From positions 27,700 to 91,699 of the forward strand of contig CAZPPS010000005.1 in assembly GCA_964588495.1 (NCBI GenBank): DNA of 64,000 nt. The letters run 5' to 3'. The notes under the pieces were generated by a model. That model was not told where the DNA came from. It did no database searches and saw only the letters and a list, made by a program, of their open reading frames with translations. Positions 49,516-58,786 of this stretch are shown piece by piece; the stretch's first letter is position 1; each line of letters opens with the position of its first letter. This DNA comes from an uncultured bacterium. GTDB taxonomy: Bacteria > Chlamydiota > Chlamydiia > Chlamydiales > JAAKFR01. The position numbers and the translations under genes are program-made.

Positions 49516-52305
49516 TTGAAAGAATTGGAGGGTTTAAAATATTTTGCGGATATGTCTATTCATTTTCCGACACAGGGTGGAGGCGAAATCGCCCCTCAAG
49601 GGAAGCCGCCACTAAAAATTGAGGGCGTTCAGCTTACAAGTGCCCAAGAGCAAACGATCTACAATCTAATGGGCAGTGGAGAAACCGATCTTTCTACAAT
49701 TGAGAATCAATTGGAAAAGGTCGGGATTACTGATCCTAAAGAGCTCAAGGCGATTTTAAACCACATGCAAAAAGAGACGGGCCACGTTTTTTCTGATGCG
49801 GCAACGGTTCAGAAAAAAGAAAAAAAGCGCCCGTCCATCTTTGAGATGGCAGCGAAACCTGCTCTCAAATCAACAACACCCGATTTACCCACCGATCTGA
49901 CTCCTGCTCAGAAAGACATGATTGCGTTGCTGCTCAAAAATATTGCAACCGACCCCACGAGCTTCAAAAGTAATTATGAAAAAAATCTGGCTCAAATGAT
50001 CAAAAACGGGGCCAGTCCTGCACAAATTGCTGCTTTTAAGCAACAAACGCAGCAACAAATAGACGCTCTGTTTGTCCCGGGAGGGGGAATGAGAAACTCG
50101 CTCGATGCCACTGGGCTTAAAGAGCCTGAGCTTTCTCAAGTCATTAAATATCTTAAGGCCCAAGGTGGATTTGATACCCCGCTAGATGATTTAGCGAGCA
50201 ATTTTAGAGACGCGATTACCAAGTGGAGCGATGCTCCCGGACGAACGGCTGGAGAGAAACAGTTTGCACAAGAGTTGTTAAAACTCGTGCAGCCGGGAAT
50301 GAACGGTGATCAAATTACCAATGTGATCAACCAGTTTTTAGGAAATCAAGACCAAGATGTATTTAAGTTATACGGAATCGATCCCAAGAATTTTAAAGAC
50401 CTTGCTGCCATGCTTCCCGGCGTTCATATCAAATTCCCCATACCCACAGATATCGAAAATGCCTATGTGCAGTCTTTTAAGTTAGATGAAGCTACTGGAA
50501 AACTGATCCGTCAGGCTCTTGATACACACTCCAACGATTTTGCCGGTTTTAAAGCTTATGTGCTTAACACAATTTTGCCTAAAGCGCCGGCAAATGAGCA
50601 AGATTTTATCAAAGAGCTTTCAGGTAATCAGCCGACAAATCAAAACCTCCCGGCAACAACCCCTGATGGTTCTGCCTTATTTACATATGTCAATTCCAGC
50701 GGAATCCCTGATTCTCAAGTTTACATCCAAATTATTGGAGTGGATCCTCTGACAGGCAAACAATGTTTTGTCCAGTATGACCGTAATGGAACTCCCCATT
50801 ACATCGACGCCGAGCCGGGCATGGATTCTTCCAAATATGCCTTTCCCCTCTCCTATTTCAATCGCTCAGCAGATGGCAAAGGGGCCTCATTTTATCTTCC
50901 TAGCTTAAACGGAGGGAGGCTCTATCAATCTATCGGAGAGCCGCTAAAATTTGGAATCGATCCGGCAGGGGGCATTATGAGCCCCGATCCTCACCGTCTG
51001 GATGATCCTAGTAATGCCGTGATGTGGGATAAAATTGAGTTTACAACAGAGCCCTACAAGGATCCGACCCATCAGGGAATGATTTTTCTGAACACAACAG
51101 CTGTCGATAATGTCACCCTTCCCATGCTGGTCAGCGTGATGCGGAAAGATGGAACCGATCACGAAGGGGGGCTTGTTCGGGATGCTTATGATATTTTGGT
51201 CCAAAAGCTCACAGCTATGGGCCCTCCCTGGTCGGGATTGATCCAAGGAAACACCATTCTATCGCTCATGGATGCCGCCTCAACAGGCCATTTTCCTCAG
51301 GATTTTTTCATCACACCGCAGCCCGGACAGACCAAGTCATGGATGGATGGCTTTATCGAAAAATACTTACAGCATGCCCTTCAAATCAGCACCAATGATT
51401 CTGTTACTGTGGGAGATGACGGAAAAGGAATTTGGAGCGGCACGGTTGATCCTAAAACACACAAGATGATCTTTACAAGGACACCTCCTGGCCAGCCCTC
51501 CCCTCCTGCCATCAACCAGACAACGATCACCATTCCCGATAAAACTTCAGAACTTTTAAGTGGGACAGGAGATGGTTGGGGGATGGGAAGTGTCAAAAGC
51601 TTAACTGATCAGCTTAAAGCCCTTGGCCTTTATACGGGAAATGCACCCGCTTTGAGCGATGATCAAATCCAACAGATTATCCAATCTCTGCCCGATTCTA
51701 ATCCCAACAAGGCAGTCCTCCAACACGCCTATGGAGAAATGAAAATCCAAATCAATCTTGCAAGGGATCTCTCAGTTGGCATTTGTACAAACACTCTCGG
51801 CGCTAAAGGGAATCAAGTGATGAGTAATAGGCTGTGTCAGCTCGCTCAAGATGGATTGATCCCAAAAGAAATTATTGGGGATCGTAAACAGGTTAATGGC
51901 AACTGGGTGCCCCCATTTACAGATGATCAGATCAAACAAATTGTTGACAACCTTCCCGCTTCGAATCCCAATAAGGCCCATCTTCAACTTCTTGAGCAAA
52001 TGATGAAAGGCAATGGCGATGCCCCTCTTTGCCAGGACACATTTACAGGCGCTTTTCAAACAGCCTACTCAAGTAACCCAAACATGCCACCTTACGCCCA
52101 ATTCATCGATCCAGTCGCACTCGTTGTCGCAGAAAATGCCATCAAAAATCCGGGCCATGAAGATGACCGCCTAGGAAATATCTACACGCATCCTTATACA
52201 GACTCCACAGGTCACGAAGGAGCTGCCAGCTCTGTCCCTTCCGAATACCAAAGCGGCACAATCACCTTAGGCCACCTCGACCGCCCCCACTTCTGGACTT
52301 CTTAA
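49516..52305 (+). CDS. large secreted-type protein with GH64-like (beta-1,3-glucanase/thaumatin-like) central domain
   Basis: The region is VYIQIIGVDP...GASFYLPSLNGGRLYQSIGEPLKFGI...DPSNAVMWDKIEFTTEP...IFLNTTAVDNVTLPM. The track start is TTG at 49516, and an ATG at 49552 (MSIHFPTQ) is an alternative. There is a C-terminal duplicated motif DDQI.QI...LP.SNPNKA. Confidence 0.5.
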   Translation: MKELEGLKYFADMSIHFPTQGGGEIAPQGKPPLKIEGVQLTSAQEQTIYNLMGSGETDLSTIENQLEKVGITDPKELKAILNHMQKETGHVFSDAATVQKKEKKRPSIFEMAAKPALKSTTPDLPTDLTPAQKDMIALLLKNIATDPTSFKSNYEKNLAQMIKNGASPAQIAAFKQQTQQQIDALFVPGGGMRNSLDATGLKEPELSQVIKYLKAQGGFDTPLDDLASNFRDAITKWSDAPGRTAGEKQFAQELLKLVQPGMNGDQITNVINQFLGNQDQDVFKLYGIDPKNFKDLAAMLPGVHIKFPIPTDIENAYVQSFKLDEATGKLIRQALDTHSNDFAGFKAYVLNTILPKAPANEQDFIKELSGNQPTNQNLPATTPDGSALFTYVNSSGIPDSQVYIQIIGVDPLTGKQCFVQYDRNGTPHYIDAEPGMDSSKYAFPLSYFNRSADGKGASFYLPSLNGGRLYQSIGEPLKFGIDPAGGIMSPDPHRLDDPSNAVMWDKIEFTTEPYKDPTHQGMIFLNTTAVDNVTLPMLVSVMRKDGTDHEGGLVRDAYDILVQKLTAMGPPWSGLIQGNTILSLMDAASTGHFPQDFFITPQPGQTKSWMDGFIEKYLQHALQISTNDSVTVGDDGKGIWSGTVDPKTHKMIFTRTPPGQPSPPAINQTTITIPDKTSELLSGTGDGWGMGSVKSLTDQLKALGLYTGNAPALSDDQIQQIIQSLPDSNPNKAVLQHAYGEMKIQINLARDLSVGICTNTLGAKGNQVMSNRLCQLAQDGLIPKEIIGDRKQVNGNWVPPFTDDQIKQIVDNLPASNPNKAHLQLLEQMMKGNGDAPLCQDTFTGAFQTAYSSNPNMPPYAQFIDPVALVVAENAIKNPGHEDDRLGNIYTHPYTDSTGHEGAASSVPSEYQSGTITLGHLDRPHFWTS

Positions 52306-52350
52306 TCCAACCTGTATTTTCAACAAAGAGACAGATTTTCTTTCTTCCCT

Positions 52351-52444
52351 TCTCTGTGCCCGCTGTGGTTTATTAAATTCCCGGAAAGTTATGGTATAAA
52401 AGTCCGTGAGACAAAATAAAAAAACCACAGAGGACACAGAGAAC
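52351..52444. repeat. type A palindrome between convergent genes
   Basis: tctctgtgcccgctgtggttt faces aaaccacagaggacacagagaac, with 3 mismatches and a loop of about 50 nt. Confidence 0.7.
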
Positions 52445-52498
52445 AAAAAAAAGTATCTCTTTGTCTTTTTATCCTCGTGGGTTTTATTTTCGCTTTCT

Positions 52499-52777
52499 TT
52501 AGTCGTCTTTGTCTTTGGGGGGGTCGCGGAGGATGAGAAAGGCTGAGACGCCAAGGCCGATGGTGCTTCCAACAGCTAAGCCGGCTGCGACAAAAGCCAT
52601 TTGGCCGCCGCCAAACACCCCGCCTGCCAAGACAAACGCAAAGATGAGGGCGATTGAGGAAAGAGCTGCCAAAACAAGACCTATGATCTTGTCGCGGTTG
52701 CACTCACAAATAGGTTCGCGCCCCAAGTTAGGTTGGTCAACAAAGACTTTAGAATTATTGCCTGTACCATGTGCCAT
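52499..52777 (-). CDS. small Inc-like membrane protein (92 aa)
   Basis: RBS ggagg 6 nt upstream. Bilobed hydrophobic core IIGLVLAALSSIALIFAFVLAGGVFGGGQMAFVAAGLAVGSTIGLGVSAFLIL. Confidence 0.55.
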   Translation of the reverse strand: MAHGTGNNSKVFVDQPNLGREPICECNRDKIIGLVLAALSSIALIFAFVLAGGVFGGGQMAFVAAGLAVGSTIGLGVSAFLILRDPPKDKDD

Positions 52778-52835
52778 AGTAACCTCCAGTTACGCACACA
52801 TGTTACTTTAAATGTTAATTTATTATAAAGAGAAA

Positions 52836-54737
52836 TTAATATTTTAAATGTTTAGCGTAGGACTCGGCTAAGGTCTGTTCGATTGAGAGACGCAGGCGAA
52901 GGGCTTCTTCCTCTTCGGGATCGCGGAAAATCAGGCCAAAACAGGGCAGCTCGGTTTGCTGGATAAAGCAGGTGACAATCCGCCCTGAAAATTGGCTCAA
53001 ATGGGGCATGATGTGCTCGGGAAAATTAAGATCGCGGGCACTGACAACAATATAGAAAAAATCTTTTTCATAGCGCATGCTGATCTGATAAGGAAGTTCC
53101 TCTGCAAGTTCCATGGCGTCGGCATTTAAGACCATGTCGAAAAGATAAATCAGCGGATCGGCAGTTAGCAAGCTGCGCATAATGGGTGGATTGAGCGAAT
53201 AAAAAAAGCTTTCCAGCAAAAAGGCGTTGTCTGCGTGGACGGCTCTTAGCTTGTCAAATAATTCGTTTTCTTTGGAGATCGTCCCTCCATTGTAGTCCCG
53301 AAAATCGCCGATGACACGCTGCAGCTCTTTAGAAACTTCATTACGTGCTTTGACCAAATCAACAGAATGGTCTTTGCGCAAAAAAGAATCCTTCTGGATG
53401 CGCAAATAAAATACGGAAGCCTCTTTTTTGTATTTTTTAAGCGGCCCTACAATTTTGGTCCGATCAGGAACAAATTCAAGAAATGTGGGCATATGCTCAA
53501 AAGCTGCGCTTATGCTTGTCAATTTCGATTTGGCAACACGGACTGCGACCACTAAAAATTCCAGCTGATCTTCTGTTTGTTTGGCAAAATCGATGATGAT
53601 TTGAGGAAGATCTTTCACATACTTAATCTGTCCGCTCAAAGCCACTATGTGGCGCATGATCACTTCTTCATTTTGGGGCATGAAAATGGGGTTGATGCTC
53701 TGCTCAATGCGGTTTTTAAGCTCAAATCCAAGATCGGCTTTCAAAATACGCTCTTCTTCTAGACTAATCGTCTCCAGATTTTCTTTTTCGATCTCAAGAT
53801 AGATGGTGAGAGTAGGATCCGACCTGCTTTGATTGCAAAAAAACGAGCCCTCGACCATTTTTGTCCCGGGAAGAAGGGATTGAACGCCGTTTAAAATATG
53901 GCGAGCTTCAAACCGCTCATTTTCCCGTAAAAAACTCATCCCAATCGCGAGTCCTAAAACTCTCCGATTATCAGTCATTGCCCGGATCAGTTTGATATTG
54001 ATGTAACGTCTATCAGGATAGATGCTTAGCGAGATTTTTAAGGTTTTCCGGAAAAGATAGTGGATGCAGATGATGCGGCTCATGTGTTTAAAGCTGCGCA
54101 TCTGCTTGAATTCCTCTTTGCAAAGGACCAGAAAGTGTTGCATTTCTGAGAGAATATCATAATCAAAATCTTGGGGACGGTGCTTGATCAGCGACACAAT
54201 ATTTTCCTGAATCAACGCCGTTTTTTCGTCCGAACAAAGTCCCTTAATTTCAAGAATCCGGCACGATTGATAATACGATTCCATCCCCAAACGGATTTCA
54301 CTTTCGATAATAGGCAGATTTTTGCGCAAAATCTCAAGTTCTTTATGGTTTTCAATGCGAACCATCACCTCGCCGCCGATGTATTTTTGAGGGCTAATTT
54401 CCGGCATCGAAAAGTCGATGGCAAATTGGATGAGGGCATTGAGCCGTTTTCCCGGAATGAGCCACCGGTTCACCATTTCGTAAAAAAAGCGGTAGGCGTT
54501 TGCCCGAAATCGGCAGAGCACAAAAAAAGAAATGTCAAATGGGGGCTCTAAAATGGGCGTCCAGCACATGACAGGGAGTTTTTCGGCAAATTGGACAAAC
54601 TCATCTTCTTCAAAAACTTCTCTTGGAACAACATGTTTTAAAATACGTTCGATCGCCACTTCATAAAAAGGAGTTGTCCCCGTCATCTCAAAGTCAGCTT
54701 GAATGCGCGGGTAATATTGCCCTCGATCAGTCTTCAT
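52836..54737 (-). CDS. hypothetical protein (633 aa)
   Basis: A long ORF whose start overlaps the aspartokinase-like gene end by 11 nt. I recognise no family. Confidence 0.5.
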   Translation of the reverse strand: MKTDRGQYYPRIQADFEMTGTTPFYEVAIERILKHVVPREVFEEDEFVQFAEKLPVMCWTPILEPPFDISFFVLCRFRANAYRFFYEMVNRWLIPGKRLNALIQFAIDFSMPEISPQKYIGGEVMVRIENHKELEILRKNLPIIESEIRLGMESYYQSCRILEIKGLCSDEKTALIQENIVSLIKHRPQDFDYDILSEMQHFLVLCKEEFKQMRSFKHMSRIICIHYLFRKTLKISLSIYPDRRYINIKLIRAMTDNRRVLGLAIGMSFLRENERFEARHILNGVQSLLPGTKMVEGSFFCNQSRSDPTLTIYLEIEKENLETISLEEERILKADLGFELKNRIEQSINPIFMPQNEEVIMRHIVALSGQIKYVKDLPQIIIDFAKQTEDQLEFLVVAVRVAKSKLTSISAAFEHMPTFLEFVPDRTKIVGPLKKYKKEASVFYLRIQKDSFLRKDHSVDLVKARNEVSKELQRVIGDFRDYNGGTISKENELFDKLRAVHADNAFLLESFFYSLNPPIMRSLLTADPLIYLFDMVLNADAMELAEELPYQISMRYEKDFFYIVVSARDLNFPEHIMPHLSQFSGRIVTCFIQQTELPCFGLIFRDPEEEEALRLRLSIEQTLAESYAKHLKY

Positions 54738-55527
54738 AAATCGGTTCCGTTGTAGAGAAGCTTTCGTTGCAAATCAGTGTACCTATTGCGTGCATGTTAA
54801 TAAATGTTTTGACGTGCAAAGGAAGTCCATTTTTTTGAGCAAGGCGAATGGCTCTTGGATGTAAAATGCGTCCACCCGTTTGAGTTACAACATCAAAAGC
54901 GTCCGTATAGGAAAGTTTTTGAAAAAGCTGCGTCCCCACTTCAATTTTTGGGTCTTGTTGAAAAATTCCCTCTACATCTTTGTAAAATTCTACTTTTTCA
55001 GCTCTCAAGGCAATCCCTAAAGCCACAGCTGTCGTATCTGAGCCCCCCCTTCCGAGAGTTGTGATTTCCTTGTCTTTGCTGACACCTTGGAAACCGGCCA
55101 CAATAACGAATTGTTGATTTTCCAAATAGGGCAAAAGACGGTAAGGGCGCACATCGATAATCCGGGCTTCCCCATGCAAATTCGAAGTGATGATCCCCGA
55201 CTGGCTGCCGGTAAAGCTGACCGCTTGGCGTCCTTTTGCAAGTAAAGCCATGGCAAGAAGTGAGATACTAATCCTTTCGCCTGCACTCACCAGCATATCA
55301 TACTCTCTTTTTGGAGGTGAGGGATTCACATGGTGGGCTAGGCTAATCAAATGGTCGGTCATCCCCCCCATCGCGCTTAAAACAACCGCGATTCTCTCAT
55401 AGTTTTGGGATCTTTGGATGATCAAATCGGCAATATGAGAAAAACTCTCAGGGCTTTTGACAGCGGCCCCTCCAAATTTCATGATGAGAGTTTTTGTGGA
55501 TTCTGTCATACTAGACACGCTTTTCAA
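54727..55527 (-). CDS. lysC: aspartokinase catalytic (amino-acid kinase) domain protein without ACT domains
   Basis: Motifs MKFGGAAV, VVLSAMGGMTD, SAGERIS, TLGRGGSDTTA and YKDVEGIFQQDP. It is only 266 aa long. Confidence 0.8.
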   Translation of the reverse strand: MKSVSSMTESTKTLIMKFGGAAVKSPESFSHIADLIIQRSQNYERIAVVLSAMGGMTDHLISLAHHVNPSPPKREYDMLVSAGERISISLLAMALLAKGRQAVSFTGSQSGIITSNLHGEARIIDVRPYRLLPYLENQQFVIVAGFQGVSKDKEITTLGRGGSDTTAVALGIALRAEKVEFYKDVEGIFQQDPKIEVGTQLFQKLSYTDAFDVVTQTGGRILHPRAIRLAQKNGLPLHVKTFINMHAIGTLICNESFSTTEPIYED

Positions 55528-55542
55528 TTAATTTGTTTATTC

Positions 55543-56211
55543 ATGAATGCTCTCCACCTTTGTCTGCACATTTCGGTGATTTCTGCAATCACTCTCATTG
55601 CTTTGCGCTATGGAATCGAAACGATGATCGCATGGCTCTGCCTTCTCGGAGTCGTGATGAATATCTTCGTTCTTAAACAAATTACCCTTTTTGGCTTATG
55701 CGTTACAGCAAGTGATGCTTTGGCAGTAGGATATCTCTTAGGGCTGAATTTAATTCAAGAATTTTTTGGGCGAAGCCAAGCTCGCAAGTGTGTTTGGATC
55801 TCATTCTTTGTCGGCTGCGCTTTTATTGTCCTCTCCCAAATTCATCTCCGCTATCAGCCCAATGCGTTTGACAACACACAAAGCGCCTTCTCAGCTCTTT
55901 TAAATCCGGCGCCGCGCATTTTTTTGGCCTCCATCTTCTCTTTTCTTACCGTTCAATTCATTGATCTCTCGTTTTTTAGTTTTTTAAGAAAAAAAACCTC
56001 GGGCAAGTTCCTGACCGCCCGCACAATTCTCGCACTCATTTTGTCCCAAACTCTAGACACTCTCCTTTTTTCTTTTATCGGGCTCTACGGTTTGGTCTCT
56101 TCTGTTACAGATATTATGATCTTAAGTTTAGCAGTCAAAGGGATTGTCATTTTGCTCTCCGCCCCTTTTGTTGCTCTCTCTAAAAAGGTAGTTCGCCATG
56201 TTCAAGTTTGA
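55543..56211 (+). CDS. yhhQ: queuosine-precursor transporter (YhhQ/DUF165, VUT family)
   Basis: A polytopic protein of about 220 aa directly upstream of tgt and overlapping it by 14 nt. The internal ATG at 55543 was chosen. Confidence 0.65.
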   Translation: MNALHLCLHISVISAITLIALRYGIETMIAWLCLLGVVMNIFVLKQITLFGLCVTASDALAVGYLLGLNLIQEFFGRSQARKCVWISFFVGCAFIVLSQIHLRYQPNAFDNTQSAFSALLNPAPRIFLASIFSFLTVQFIDLSFFSFLRKKTSGKFLTARTILALILSQTLDTLLFSFIGLYGLVSSVTDIMILSLAVKGIVILLSAPFVALSKKVVRHVQV

Positions 56212-57322
56212 AATCATTCACCAATCTAAAAAATCCAAAGCGCGCGTGGGAAGAATCCACACGCCCCACGGCATTATCGACACTCCCAACTTTGTGGCAG
56301 TGGGAACCAACGGGACTCTCAAAGCTTTGGACAACGACATCGTCGATGCCATCGGCTTGCAGCTCATGTTTTGCAACACTTATCACCTTCTTTTGCAACC
56401 AGGACCCGATATTGTCCAAAAAGCAGGAGGCCTTCACCGCTTTATCAACCGGAAACAGCCGCTCATCACAGATTCAGGAGGTTTTCAGGTCTTCAGCTTA
56501 AGCTACGGCTCTGTCCACGACGAGCTCAAAAGCCGCGGCAAGAAAAAAGGGGACGGTTGTGTTTTGAAAATCACAGAAGAAGGGGTCACTTTTAGATCTT
56601 ATAGAGATGGGGCCAAAATTCTTCTTACACCCGAATCGTCCATTCAGGCCCAAAAAGCTCTTGGGGCTGACATTATCATCCCTTTGGATGAGCTTCCCCC
56701 TTACCACATCGAACAAGATGATCTCAAAAAATCGTTAGCTCGGACGCACCGCTGGGAAAGACGCTCCTTAGAAGAGCATTTGAAGAATCCAAACTCACAA
56801 GCGATGTACGGTGTTATCCACGGAGGGATCAACAAAGATCTCCGGTCTTTGAGCTGCGCAACTCTTAAAGATCTCCCCTTTGATGGTTTTGCAATTGGAG
56901 GAAGCGTTGGCAAAAACAAGCAGGAGCTTGAAGAGCTTGTAGCTTTCACACGCCCTCAGCTCCCGGACGAAAAACCCAATCACCTTCTCGGAATTGGAGA
57001 TCTCCCCTCTCTCGCCTCTCTCGTTCCCCTAGGCATTGACACGTTTGATAGCTCTTACCCAACGCGCGCTGCCCGCCACGGCCTTCTTTTTACCAAGGAG
57101 GGTAACGTCAAAATCGAACAGCTCAAATATCGGGAAAATTTCAATCCCATCGAAAAAGGCTGTGAATGCCCCACCTGCCAAAAATCGTCTCTCGCCTACA
57201 TCCACCATCTCTTCAAAGCAAAAGAGCTCACCGCCTACACCCTCGCCTCCATCCACAACCTACACTTCATGGTCAAGCTCATGGGAAACTACCGCAACCA
57301 AATCCTATCAGACGAGCTGTAA
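56198..57322 (+). CDS. tgt: tRNA-guanine transglycosylase
   Basis: Motifs TPNFVAVGT, NTYHL, TDSGGFQVFS, LLGIGD and the zinc motif CECPTC....H. Confidence 0.95.
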   Translation: MFKFEIIHQSKKSKARVGRIHTPHGIIDTPNFVAVGTNGTLKALDNDIVDAIGLQLMFCNTYHLLLQPGPDIVQKAGGLHRFINRKQPLITDSGGFQVFSLSYGSVHDELKSRGKKKGDGCVLKITEEGVTFRSYRDGAKILLTPESSIQAQKALGADIIIPLDELPPYHIEQDDLKKSLARTHRWERRSLEEHLKNPNSQAMYGVIHGGINKDLRSLSCATLKDLPFDGFAIGGSVGKNKQELEELVAFTRPQLPDEKPNHLLGIGDLPSLASLVPLGIDTFDSSYPTRAARHGLLFTKEGNVKIEQLKYRENFNPIEKGCECPTCQKSSLAYIHHLFKAKELTAYTLASIHNLHFMVKLMGNYRNQILSDEL

Positions 57323-57337
57323 TCGGCTGAAGCCTTC

Positions 57338-57500
57338 AACGCAGAGACGCTGAGGCGCAAAAGACGCAGAGAAAAAAAATAAATAGCTTCTCTGTGTTCT
57401 CTCTGTCCTCTGTGGTTTTTTTAAAAAAATACGAAACTTTTGCGTTCCTCAATCTGCGGGAAATTTTAAAACCACAGAGGACAGAGAGAACACAGAGAAG
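57338..57500. repeat. type A palindrome between convergent genes
   Basis: Perfect 33-nt arms cttctctgtgttctctctgtcctctgtggtttt (57388..57420) and aaaaccacagaggacagagagaacacagagaag (57468..57500). A purine-rich tract (57338..57385) precedes them. Confidence 0.85.
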
Positions 57501-57627
57501 GAAAAAAAAATCGGGTGAGGCAGGGATCCCTGGAATGGCAGGACTTTAGAATGGTCGACTACCTCTCCCCCTCCTTTTTATAACTTTTCTAAATGGATCA
57601 CCTCAACTACAACATGATGCCACACAC

Positions 57628-58536
57628 CTAATAACTTACAGTAAAGCCACCATCGAGAATTAAATTAACTCCATTGATGAAATCTGATTGGTCGGAAAGG
57701 AGAAATTTAATTGATTGAGCGACTTCATGAAGTTTTGCGTGGCGATGTAAAGGAATACTAGCAACATCTTTTGCCATTTGCTCTTCGTAACTTAATCCAT
57801 TTTCACTTGCCTTCTTTTGAATTCTCTCTTCATGAAAACCAGTCAAGACAATACCTGGTGACAGAGCATTGACACAAATACCTTGAGGGCCTAATTGATG
57901 TGATAACGCTTTTGTGTAAGTCGTCCACATCCTGCGAATGACACAAGACGGGCCATATTCAGGTTGTAATTGAACCGAAGTTGTCCCCGCAATCACCACG
58001 ATTTTACTAGGCTTAGATAAATAAGGAATTACTATTTTTAAAGCTTCCATCGGCCCTGTGAATGTTTGTTGCAAAACTTCTAACCAAACATCCTCTTCCT
58101 GTATTAGACCTTTTCCATAAAAATGAGGTCTCGGAGTGATCAAAAGTAGTCCTGCAATTTGAGAACCCGCTTGCTTCAAAAAATGGCTAAATTTTTCTCG
58201 TGAAGAAAGATCGATAAAATCAAGAGTGCATATCCCAAAATGACCGGAATGGGTTGCTAAAAGTTCTTCTTGTAGAATTTTTAATTTGCCAAGATCTCTT
58301 CCCGTCAAAATCAAATCATAGTTCTTGGCAAGCAGCCTCGCAGTTGCGCCCCCTAATTCGCCGGTGGCACCGGTAATGATAAAAGTTTTGCGCGCGTCCT
58401 CTGCCGTTTCATTTGCAAAGCACATGCCTTGAAAAAGGGATAAAATCAAAAAGAAAAAAGATATCTTTATATATAGGCATTTCATTTTCTTCCAACTTTC
58501 TAGAGTCTTTGTATCTGTATGTGAGTCATATGCCAT
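57628..58536 (-). CDS. short-chain dehydrogenase/reductase with N-terminal signal/anchor
   Basis: Rossmann motif TGATGELG and the NALSPG block. The hydrophobic leader ISFFFLILSLFQGMCFA suggests the start may be MKCLYIK at 58485. Confidence 0.75.
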   Translation of the reverse strand: MAYDSHTDTKTLESWKKMKCLYIKISFFFLILSLFQGMCFANETAEDARKTFIITGATGELGGATARLLAKNYDLILTGRDLGKLKILQEELLATHSGHFGICTLDFIDLSSREKFSHFLKQAGSQIAGLLLITPRPHFYGKGLIQEEDVWLEVLQQTFTGPMEALKIVIPYLSKPSKIVVIAGTTSVQLQPEYGPSCVIRRMWTTYTKALSHQLGPQGICVNALSPGIVLTGFHEERIQKKASENGLSYEEQMAKDVASIPLHRHAKLHEVAQSIKFLLSDQSDFINGVNLILDGGFTVSY

Positions 58537-58548
58537 GACTAATCTTAT

Positions 58549-58700
58549 ACCCTGAGTTTTGGGTTGTTTTCCTCGTAATCAGCGGAATTTTCTGAGCCAA
58601 TCTTGCGTTTTTTTGCGAAGATCATAGTTGAAGATGTTATTTTCGAGCAAAAAAACGCAAGTCAGAAGAATTGTGGTGCTATGGGAAAGACAAATCAGAT
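58549..58700. mobile_element. MITE-like element, copy 2 (right end degenerate)
   Basis: The left ~75 nt are collinear with copy 1 (accctgagttttgggttgttttcctcgtaatcagcgga...). Internal hairpin at 58602..58616 and 58647..58661, with 15 perfect bp. Confidence 0.55.
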
Positions 58701-58786
58701 ATTGGCGGTGATTATTGAATTTTAGCTTGATACATTTCTAGATTGAGCGGCTTTGAGATAGGTTCTAGGTGACGTAAAATTCTTAA

